Shown: one piece after another, positions 48,301 to 59,000 of the stretch
Layout: each line of letters opens with the position of its first letter
Position numbering within the stretch: the first letter of the stretch is position 1
Source: Phaeosaccion multiseriatum
Lineage: Eukaryota > Protista > Ochrophyta, other classes
Assembly (NCBI GenBank): GCA_965112735.1
Contig: OZ218950.1
Coordinates: 124,001 to 188,000, forward strand
DNA: 64,000 bases
Direction: 5' to 3'
Program-made: the position numbers and the translations under genes
Notes under the pieces: model-generated
Seen by the model: only the letters and a program-made list of their open reading frames with translations
The model's database searches: none
What the model was told of the DNA's origin: nothing

Positions 48301-51212
48301 TTGCCCCTGCCCCTGCCCCTGTGCGCTCTCTCCAATGTGCAGAGCTGCGAGCAAGAGCACGCGCACCTCCTGACTGGGGCTGACCGCCAGGCAGTGCAGC
48401 AGATAGAGGGCCTGGGGGCAGCAGATGTGGATAGAGCAGTTGGTGATACAGTACGGACCAGCACAAGAATATAGACAGCAGGAGAGAGAGAGAGAGAGAG
48501 AGAGAGAGGGCGCCACCAGCCACCAGCCATACAAGCACACACACATGACACAGAGGCATGAATGACTTGCCTGCTCCAGCAAGGCGTGTCGAGTCGCCCC
48601 CCCTATCCCGTCCATCCCTTGGATCCATGGCGCAAGGTAGCGGCCAATGAGGCCCTCGGAGACCGCAGCGAGCACAGCCTGAGAAGCGACCATAACCCCC
48701 CCGCCACCCTGACCTTGACCTTGCTTTTCCTGGCTCATCCGACCTTCGCTGCTGACGTCCTCATGCCCGTCACCGATGGCGGCGTAGAGGAGGAGAGAGC
48801 GAAGGGCGGTGACGGCGCTGAAGAAGAGAGGGTGTGGGGGCTGGCGCTGGCGCTGGTGCTGCTGCTGGTGCTGCTGCTGCTGCTGCTCTTGCTGCTGAAA
48901 GGAGAGGAGGGCGTGGGCTGCCGGGGCGAGGCAGGAAGGCCCCTGCAGATGCGGGCTTGCCAGCTGGCGAACGTACACGATGCAAGCCATAATTAGCGCC
49001 ATTGGGGGAGTGAAAAGTGATTGAAGGAGGAGGAGGAGGGAGGAGGAGGAGGAGGGAGGAGGAGGAGGAGGAGGAGGAGGAGGAGGAGGAGGAGGAGGAG
49101 GAGGAGTGGGTGATGCAGCACGGGCCCTAAACCGCATGCATCGCCTTCGAGCACCAATCAGAGTCCAGGGACCTCCTTCTCCTCTTCACTGACTTACTCA
49201 CCTGCCAGCAGAGAGCGGCCACAGCCCCTCCTCCCAAGAGAGCCGCGCAGTGACGGCGACTCACGGCAGGCAGGGAGGAGGAAGAGAGGGGGGGGGAAGG
49301 AGACGGAGTGGGGCCCTGCAGCGACGCGCGGACATCGGCTGAGGGGTGAGGGAGACGGGGTGGGGATGCATGAGTGAAGGCTCCAGAGCAACACTGCGGA
49401 ATGAATACACTTGGAGCAGAGCTTGAGCAGCTTTGAAATTTGAACCCGTTTTGAAACCAAGTCTGACACACACACTAACTATAACTGTGCGTAACATTTA
49501 CGTACGTACGCACGTACCTATGGGCCCCATCGATGCCGAGCAGCCCACGCTGGCCAGCGCTTGCACGAGCGAAGCCGCCTCCTCCGCCAGGCACGCCTCG
49601 ACCAGAGGGGAATGCCCTTGGGCAGTTGGTGATACAGAGGCAAGGGCAGGAGGAGCCCTCACGAGATCGAGGAGGCTTCCCACCCCCGAGGAGGAGGAGA
49701 TTGCCCCCCCTGGATGGCCCAAGCCGAGGATGACGTCAGCAATGATGACGTCAGCGGCCTTCCCCTTCTCCGTGTTGTCGTTGTCGTTGTCGTTGTGGAT
49801 GTCGACCAGCCGTGAGGCGCTCGACAGAAGGGCGGATAGGGCCCTCACCCCGCCTCGCTTCAGCTCCAGGCTACAGCAGCGTAGGCAAGAGGGGCGAGAG
49901 GGGCAAGAGGCACCGTGTGTGAGTAGTGAGTAGGACAGCAGGGAGGTGTAAGCTCTACCCTCTCTCACACACAACACCCTCTACTTTTATGTCCAGCGCA
50001 GGACTGACTTTCCCTAGAACAAAAGTACTTCCAAAAAGGAACAAACCATTCTGAAGACAAAAGAAAACCCCTCCAACCGTCCCTCTGACCGCCCCATAGG
50101 CGTGAGACAGTTAGACAAAGAGACACAGACACAGACACAGACAGAGGCAGAGACAGAGACAGTCCGGCTCGGACTGACCTCACGGACTGACTGACTGACT
50201 GACTGACTGACTGACTGACTGACTGACTGACTGACTGACCTGTTGCGGCCCTCGAGGCAGCCCACGAGGGTGCGTATGCCCCTGCCCCGGCGGGAGGAGA
50301 GAGAGGGGCGGTGCTGCTGAGAAGACGAAGGTGGTGGTGGAGCAGGAAGGGGGTGTTCGATGGCCTCCCTGAGGAGTGAGTCGGCGGTGAGGGGGAAGCC
50401 GCACAGCTCCACCACAAGCTCAATGAGGGTCTGCTCATATGGCTGCCCATATGCCTGCTGCTGTTGCCTATATGCCTGCTGCTGCTGCTCACCGCCCCCC
50501 TGGGCCCTCTGCAGTAGCAGCGCGTCCACCCGGGCGAGAAGGAGCGGCATGACATTTGTGCTGTCTGCGGCAGAGGCGATTGCGGCGCCGTCCTCGTAGC
50601 GGGCGACTCTGATGCAGCAGTTGGTGGTACAGGGTACAGCAGTTGGCGACATGCCGTACATACAGGGGTTGGTGATACAAGTTTGGCAGTGGCGGGAGGA
50701 GGGAGGGAGAAGGCGGCAGAGGCGAGGCAGAGGCAGACGTTCGTACAGCGAGATGGGCCAAGATTGGCAATGATCGGCCTCACTCACTCATTCACTCACT
50801 CCACTCACTCACTCCACTCAATTACTCACTCATGCACTCACTCATTTAAAACACACCTCACGCCACTCCCTCCATCTCGCACTCCCTCCCTCCCTCCCTC
50901 CACTCCCTCCCTCCCTCTCTCCCTCCCTCCCTCCCTCCCTCCCTCCCTCCCTCCCTCCCTCCCTCCCTCCCTCTCTCCCTCCCTCCCTCCCTCCCTCCCT
51001 CCCTCCACTCCCTCCCTCGCTCTTTGCCTCCCTCCCTCACCTCAGGGCGGAGAGGAGGGCGACAGCGGCGTGCGTGAAGACGTCGTCTCTCGGCCTGGTC
51101 CCTCCCGTCGCCCCCATGAGTTCAAACAGAACACCCGCCCCTCTCCTCGCCAGCGCCGCCGCCGCCGCCCCGCTCACCCCCCCCTTCTCCTGCTCGTCCG
51201 CTCCTCCGTCTC

Positions 51213-51248
<36 letters not shown>

Positions 51249-53137
51249 CGGCGTCGAGTAAAGGACGCAGGCTCGCACAGAGCCACAGCTGCAGCGAAAC
51301 CGAGGAAGGGTCTTGGGTCACCCCCCCGGTACCCAAGTCTGTGAGGGAGAGAGCAAGGAGGTCTGTGGCCACGTGGATCCACCCCAGGCGCTGCAGTTTG
51401 GCCGCTGTGGTGGGGAGGAGGGCGGCGTAGAAGACGGCCTTGACGGCTCTCTCGGCGGAGTAAGGCAGGTGGGCGTTCTGAACCAGCGCTTGGAGGGTGG
51501 CAAGGGGGATGGCAGAGGAGTAGCGCACCAGAGTGTCTGTTGTCGTTTGTTTGTTTGGAGAGGGGAGGGGGGCGGGCGGGAGGCAGGAGATTGGGAGAGG
51601 GATAGGGAGAGGGATAGGGAGAGAGGAGGTTGGAGAGAGGGAATGCGAGGCACGCGGGCATGCAAACCTATATATACCCACACCTCAAGCCTTCAGGACA
51701 GAGCTACACCCCCCAATCGGCGAACTCACCCTTTCCCTGAGAGGCCATGTAAAGTACAGCCCCCATGATCTCACACGCTTGCACAGATACGTCCAAGGGC
51801 ACCTATGTCAGTGGGGGAGGGAGGGAGGGAGGCATGGAGGGAGGGAGGGAAGGAGGGAGGGGGGGGGGAGGGAGAAAGAGAGGGAGAGAGGGAGAGAGGG
51901 AGGGAGGTCGGAGCAGCCAAAGAGAGACGGAACAAGGGGATGAGCGACACTGACTCCCTTTTCACTTGCTCGTCTGCACGCCTGCAGAGCCGTTGCACCA
52001 TACCGCACCGTACCAGCGTCTGCTCGTCAAGGAAGGGCAGGATGGACGTGAAGAGCGCAGCGGCACCCCCACAGCGTTCCACCTCCACCAAGCCCAGGGG
52101 GGTGCCTACTTACAGATGGCGGCGATTGGGGGGGGGGGGGGAGTGGGGAAGGGAACGGAGGAAGAGAAACAGGGTAGAGAGAGTGGAGAAAGGTTCAGTC
52201 AGTTACGCAATCGTTTCAGGACTGTGAGACCAGCAGCAGCAACATCAGCAGCAGCAGCAAGTGGTGATACAGAAGAGCTGGGCCAGCCCTTTCACCGTGT
52301 GCTCATGGCCTGACTTGTGTCTCTCACCCTCTGGCAGCAGGGCCCCTCTCGACGTTGCGGACACCGCTGCTGCGAGAGCGGCCGGCTGCGTGGTGCGGTG
52401 TTTCAGCACCCCCGACAAGTAGCGCACCGCCCTGTGCTTGTAGAACATGTCGCATCCCGAGCAGTGGAGGATGGTCAGGAAGCGGGCAACACAGACACCT
52501 GGGTCCCCATCGTCGATGGTCTGCTGCTGCTGCTGATAGGCTGGCTGTGAGTGCTGATGAGCAGCCTGCCGCTGCCAGTGTTCCTCGCAGAAGTCGCACA
52601 CTCTGCGCTCATGGTCCTCGTACCCCTTGGCCGCCACCGGGAGCTCGCGTTTTTGACTGGGATGAGTGAGACCAGGGAGGAGTACAATTGTAGAGAGGAA
52701 AGAAAAGCACCAGGCAGGCAGGTAGGATCAGCAGCATTTTTATGGACCCCATGCCTCACTGTTCTATTCCCGAGCTCAGCTACCGAGAGCTTCGCCTGGC
52801 TTGACTCACCTTGCTCCTGCTGATGAAACGACCTCTCCGCAGCATCTGCAGTGATGTCTGGGGTGGGACAGGGAGAGAGGTGTGGAAAGTGGGAAGAGGG
52901 AAGAAAAGCACCGGGCAGGCACGATAGCGCAGCGGCGTTATTGATGGACACCCCCTGTGGTACCCTTCTGTTCCTGAGCCCAGCCCTCCCACACCTGTTT
53001 CTCTCTCGCTAACTCATCACTCACCTCCTCTGCAGAGGTCCGAAAGAATTGCCGGTCACGAAGCATGTCTGTCTGTCTGTGTCTGGCACAGCAAAAGGGG
53101 GCAAGGCGATGCTCTCTTTATCGAAAGATCCTTCCAT
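41013..53137 (-). CDS. Very large multi-exon protein: N-terminal FYVE finger, helical (ARM-like) body, C-terminal zinc ribbon
   Basis: Splicing exons 1-3 gives PDTDRQTCFVTGNSFGPLQRR-HHCRCCGEVV...RRVCDFC (FYVE signature). Chained GT-AG exons of Leu/Ala-rich helical sequence follow, ending CSNLKC..IQCPHC. That it is a single gene is inferred. Confidence 0.7.
43295..43495. repeat. Coding minisatellite, ~10 units of 18-24 bp built on GTATCACCAAC
   Basis: Encodes (VGDTAAA)n variants on the minus strand. Confidence 0.9.
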
Positions 53138-53268
53138 CCGCGCGGCGTCGGTTGATGATGGTTGATGATGATGGACCGGCGCGAAATGGAGAATTTTCCG
53201 AGCGTGTTGGTGATTCGGTCTCACAGATGGAGACAAGAAGGCGGGAGCGGGAGAGACAGAGAAAAGAA

Positions 53269-53776
53269 ATGGCAGCTCCAGCGAGAAAATTGCTCTCCTC
53301 TATTGTGCGCATGGAGACGGAAGACCCCCGAATGTCCAAGCTGGTTATACACAATGGCGTGGTTTATATGAGTGGACAAACAGGTGACGAAGAGACAGGG
53401 GAAAAATTCCTCACACCTTTCCTCTATAACTCTTTGTATCTCTCCCACTCCCTCTCGCACCTCTCCCCTCTTATCTCTCCTTCTCTCTCAGATACCACTG
53501 GCACGGGAATCAAGGCGCAGACGACCCGAAGTTTTGAAGAAGATCGACACCTTCCTGACCAAAGCCGGAACTGATAAATCCCATCTACTGACGGCCACGA
53601 TCTGGGTCAAGGACATTGCTGCCGACTTTAAGCCGATGAATGAAGTGTGGAACGCGTGGCTGGACCCTGAGAACAAGCCTGTTCGAGCCACCGTGCAGGC
53701 TTCCATGGCGCGGCCTGAGATTCTCGTGGAGATCCAAGTCACCGCGGCCACTGCAGCAAAGACAGGCGAGAGTTAG
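53269..53776 (+). CDS. Rid family (YjgF/YER057c/UK114; YoaB-like) protein, 2 exons, one apparent +1 frameshift
   Basis: RMSKLVIHNGVVYMSGQ, LKKIDTFLTKAGTDKSHLL.ATIW, DF..MNEVWNAW, PVRATVQA, LVEIQVTAA. Intron 53384-53491. An extra C at ~53525 (ACGACCCGAAG) breaks the frame. Confidence 0.85.
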
Positions 53777-55370
53777 AGTATAGCTTGAGTACGCGTCACG
53801 AATAGAGAGGAGGGAGTAGCCCAGCGTGCCACCCCGGGAAGCACTTCTCACAGAGCGCCACCTTGATGGTTGATAGCGGCATTGTATCTTGTACCTTTCG
53901 TCGCAGCGCTCTGCTGCGACACTTCTTCTCCTCGCATAGCAGCAGACAGACACTTCCACTTCGGTCAGTCATTTTTTGTCAATTGGGAGCCTGATCCCAC
54001 CCTTTCTCACTGTGGCGGGGCAGTCGATCTCATTCTCTCCGTACGCGGGCTGTACACACGAAATCACCATCATCACAGCAGCTCCAATGGAATTCTTCAC
54101 TACTCGGCCCCTGACAAGGTTCTGAGGCGGCCCTGGCCAGAACCTGCAACCTGGCCGGCTGATGCCGGCCAGAACCTGCAACCCAGGTTTTAACAGGGTC
54201 AGGGGGACCTTATCATTGCCTTATTACACGGCTTTTTCCGGGGAACCTGGAACCTACTATTTTTTTTCGATAATTCACTCTTGTCCCTCACTGCTATCGT
54301 ACGAGCTTTGCACAAACTGTCCCTTCCACTCCCGGTGTCACAGACGGGGGGGGAGGTCGGTTTATACATACGAAAAGGGAGAAGTGGCGGCAAGGCTCGG
54401 GCCTATAAACGGAAACTGAAACTAGATCGCATGTTCCTGGGCTCCTCCCTTCTTCCCCCCTCCCTGACTTCAGACGGCGGCGCGGACTTGTTGGAAGCGT
54501 TCGAGTTGGCGTAACAAGCATTCGTTTGGTTCTCGAGTACCCTGGTGTCGTTACCACTTGGGCCAGGCGCTTGGGAACCCCCTTTGTCTTCAGACTGAAG
54601 CATTCAATTTTCACTCCTCGTCAGGATTAATAAGACCCTATTTCTCAGGTGGATCGAGAGAGACAGTGAAAGAGCAGACGCAGTGGATGGACTTGAAGCG
54701 CGTTATGCCCTAAGTTGGATTTGGACCTGTTGAAGAAACGCAAAGGAGGTGCAAGGAGGATTGTTTGAAGGGGGGGGACCGTGAGAATGTGGCAGAAGTG
54801 TACTGTGGAGGGGTGCGACAAGCATCGGCAGCAAGGAGGAGTTTGCATTGGGCACGGAGCTGTGCCGAAGAGGTGTACTGTGGAGGGATGCGACAAGCAA
54901 CGAAGGCAGGGGGGACTTTGCCAGGGCCATGGGGCTGTGGTGAAGAGGTGTACTGTGGAGGGGTGCGACAAGCAGTCGCAACAGGGAGGACTTTGCCTGG
55001 CCCACGGGGCTGTGCTGGTACCGAAGAGGTGTACTGTTGAGGGGTGCGACAAGCAACCGAAGCAGGGGGGACTTTGCCTTGGGCACGGTGCTGTGGTGGT
55101 ACGGAAGAGGTGTACAGTTGAGGGGTGTAACAAGCAGCGGATCCAAGGAGGACTTTGCCTGGCCCACGGAGCTGTAAAGGTACGGAAGAGGTGTACTGTT
55201 GAGGGGTGTAACAAGCAGCGGATCCAAGGAGGACTTTGCCTGGCCCACGGAGCTGTAAAGGTACGGAAGAGGTGTACTGTTGAGGGGTGTAACAAGCAGC
55301 GGATCCAAGGAGGACTTTGCCTGGCCCACGGAGCTGTAAAGGTAGTAGTGTACTGTTGAGGGGTGCGATA

Positions 55371-55978
55371 TGTATATTAGAGCTTATGGGCTCAGTATTG
55401 GAGCGCTCGAGGTAAGTTGTAACCATGTGTAGATGTGTGTATGTGTGGTATAGATGGAGCGTGATGTGGAGGGGAAGAGGATGGTAAGGGTGGTAGAGTA
55501 GAGGATAATGGGGAATGGGAAGGGAGTGAAGGGGGGAGGAGGAGATGAAGGGGTGTGGGAAGGAGTGAGGTGGTGGAGGTGATATGTGAACTATCCTACT
55601 GTGGGTGGTGCGGGTGACAAGGCGTGACTAACTGTGGTTGCTATGCTGTGTGCTGATGGTCTCGCTGTCTGCTGGCTGGTGTACTCCGGCTCCTCAGGCG
55701 GCCGCTCCGTCGATGGCTCCCATGAGCCCCCAGTCGAGGGTTTCTGCTGCTTCGTGCTGCGTCATCGTGGCTCGAAGGAGGGTGCCATACCTGATCTCCC
55801 GCTGTGAGAGGGCGCGTTGAAGGGCGAGGGACAGTTGTTGGCGCAGGAGGCCCTTGATGGGGCCCGTGGCTGCCGCCGCTGCGGGGCCGAGCCCTCTTGA
55901 TGCCTTGTGGATGGCCATCGCCTCGATGAGCTCGTCCGTTTGGTGGCCCAGTCTGCCGTACGTCTCGATTGCAATGCA
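55371..55978 (-). mobile_element. 5'-truncated copy (608 bp) of the CRE-like non-LTR retrotransposon
   Basis: Matches 56065-56672 with about 6 substitutions seen by eye. Flanked by direct repeat GGGGTGCGATA at 55360-55370 and 55979-55989. Confidence 0.95.
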
Positions 55979-56064
55979 GGGGTGCGATAAGAGGGGGGTC
56001 CAAGGAGGACTTTGCCTGGCCCACGGAGCTGTGACCAAGAGGTGCACTGTTGAGGGGTGCGAGA

Positions 56065-59000
56065 TGTATATTAGAGCTTATGGGCTCAGTATTGGAGCGC
56101 TCGAGGTAAGTTGTAACCATGTGTAGATGCGTGTATGTGTGGTATTGATGGAGCGTGAGGTGGAGGGGAAGAGGATGGTAAGGGTGGTAGAGTAGAGGAT
56201 AATGGGGAATGGGAAGGGAGTGAAGGGGGGAGGAGGAGATGAAGGGGTGTGGGAAGGAGTGAGGTGGTGGAGGTGATATGTGAACTAGCCTACTGTGGGT
56301 GGTGCGGGTGACAAGGCGTGACTAACTGTGGTTGCTATGCTGTGTGCTGATGGTCTCGCTGTCTGCTGGCTGGTGTACTCCTGCTCCTCAGGCGGCCGCT
56401 CCGTCGATGGCTCCCATGAGCCCCCAGTCGAGGGTTTCTGCTGCTTCGTGCTGCGTCATGGTGGCTCGAAGGAGGGTGCCATACCTGATCTCCCGCTGTG
56501 AGAGGGCGCGTTGAAGGGCGAGGGACAGTTGTTGGCGCAGGAGGCCCTTGATGGGGCCCGTGGCTGCCGCCGCTGCGGGGCCGAGCCCTCTTGATGCCTT
56601 GTGGATGGCCATCGCCTCGATGAGCTCGTCCGTTTGGTGGCCCAGTCTGCCGTACGTCTCGATTGCAATGCACTTCAGGGTTGAAGTCCCGGGCAGAAAA
56701 CTGCCCAGGTAGTGGGTGCGCTTGCGTTCTTCGGCGGCGGCTGCTGCGTGGCCTGGCGTGGTGGAGGCCCGTCCCACGTGAGTGGGGGCGGTGGGGTTGG
56801 TGACGGTGATGTCGCAGAGGAGGTTTCTCCGCAGGGGTGCGTCCGCTCCCGGGAAGCTACCTGCGGGATAGGTCAGGTCCATGCGTAGGTCTCGGCCTGC
56901 TCGGGTGCCCGTGGGGCCGTCGAAGCAGGTCTGGTCCTCTACACGTGCTCCTCCAATGCCCACGCTGTGCATCATCCTCCCGAAGGCCTTGACGAGGAGG
57001 TGGTGTGTGTGGTTGTGGAGGCCGGTGCGGGGGCAGATGGTGGCGTGGGTAGTGCTTGCCGTGCGGGCGCAGCCTGTGCCAAGGCAGGGTGGGGGCGGGT
57101 CCGCGTATGGCGTGTTGACACCGAGGTTGCGACGAAGGGCCATGGTCCATTCTGCGGGGGCCATGGTGTTGTGGCCGTGGGGGAGCGCTCCGAGGAAGGC
57201 CATGGCGCCCCTTCCTCGCTGTGAGTGGAGTCGGGCTGTTGCCATTTCCTGTGTCTCCTCTCCCCTCTGTGCCTCTGCCGGTGTGACGTCGATGGTGGCG
57301 ATGCTCTGCGTCAGCTCCTCATGGCGGCGTTTGTGGATGAAGGTGGTGAGGGCCTTCTGGACGCCGTGGGTCGGTTGACGGCCTGCCTGATGGCTCCTGC
57401 GCACGTTGCGTCGCGCTGTGTCCTGGGCTTGGTGGTCAGGCGGCTCGAGTACGCGTGAGCGGGCCTCGTCGAACTGTGCCTGACCCACTGCTTGGATGAG
57501 GGGGGCCTCAGGGACCCCCTCCTCGTGCAGGAGGTTGACGCTGTCGGCGACGCTCTTGAGGGCTCCGTTGGTGAACAGCTGGTCCGGTAGGGCGCTCTCT
57601 TGGGAGCCTTCCCGGCGTGCGGTGCGGCTGAGCAGGGGGGGAGGGTGAGCATCTTGTTGCCAAGGTATGCTGCTGGGGCGATGTCGTGGAGGCTGGTGAG
57701 GCCGAGGCCGCCGAAGCGCCGTGCCGTATGCATTTGTAGGCGCTGTGTCTCCGTCCATGGCTCCTCTTGTGCATCTGCGGCCTGCTCCAGAGGGGGGCAT
57801 CGGGGAGTCGCATGATGTGGGCCATTGTCGCTCTGTTGGTGCGGTCTGCCCTGCTGCCGAGGGCGCGTCGGAAGATGGAGGGGTCAATGGCTCTCGCCAG
57901 GTGTGTGAGCCTGGCTGGGAGGCATTGGAGGAGGACGAGGGTGGCCGCCTGGGTGTTGTCCCACTCGCTGCAGTGTTTGGCGAGTTGGAGGTAGCCCCTG
58001 GGGTCTTCTTGGCCGAGGATGTTGCGGAGGTACTCTTCGATGTACTCCTCCGTGCCGACGGGGATGCCGGCTACCACGGTACCCTCGGTGGCAAGTGTGG
58101 CGCCCTGCCGTTGGGCGTGGTCCCTGTCAGCCTGTGTTGGCTGCTTGCCTTTGCCCATGAGGTAAACCGTTTTCCTCTCGTTGAACTCGAGGCCCAAGCC
58201 TCGGAATTGGGCTTGGAGATGGGCATGGCGTGGGGCGTAGGTCTGTAGGGGTGCGTCGGGTTCCAGCTGGTCCATGAGGTCGTCTGCGTAGGCGGAGATG
58301 GTGGGGCGGTTCGCTGCGGTGTCGGCTGTGTTCTGAACTTTCAGCACTGGGTGGATGGCGGCTGCGAACATGAGAGGCCCTTCTGGTGCTCCTTGGTTGA
58401 CTCCGGAGCTCTGGTGGATGGTCTGGGTGCCGTCTGGTGTGAGGGCGTTGTGGGCGGAGGCGTGGGAGAGGCTGGCGATGGCGTAGTTGATGCCTGCTGG
58501 GTCGATGGTAGGGAGTGCTCCTGAGGCTAGGACGCCTCTGGCACGCGACACGCGGGTGTAGGCCTTGGTGATGTCATGCAGCACGACGGTTTTGCCGGCA
58601 TCGTGCGCTAGCTGGGCTGCTGCGGCGTGTGTTTCCCCTCCGCCTCTGACCGCTACCGCTAGCTGTCCTGCGCTTCTGAGCTCTGGGCCCACCCTGTCCG
58701 CGATGAGCTTCATGTGACAGCTCTCCACGAGGCTGCGGTAGAGGTTGGGGGATGTCACAGGACGCGCTTTCTCGCCGAGGGCTGCGGCGCTGGTGCTGAA
58801 CCACCGTTTGGCGAGCTGTGGAGGCAGTGGAGTGTCCCCCGTTCGGAGCAGCTCGTAGGTGTCAGTCAGAGCCTCCACGATTGCGTACTCCTGGGGGCTG
58901 TCCGGGGGGTACTTGACGTGGCTCGCCCTGCGCCCGTCTGCTCCTTGGCCCTTCCAGAAGTTGACCCTCCGGTAGGTCAGCAGCATGGCTGTGCTGATCT

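Noticed and set aside
53515-53535. Rid gene frameshift as recoding
   Set aside because: A single extra C in a short run with both halves well conserved; sequencing error is the simplest explanation.
54799-55359. CRISPR-like appearance of the regular repeats
   Set aside because: Contiguous 69-75 bp coding units with no unique spacers and no cas genes, in a eukaryotic context.
55371-56672. The two 608-bp copies as LTRs or a tandem duplication
   Set aside because: Both lie on the same side of the ORF, include coding sequence, and each has its own distinct TSD.
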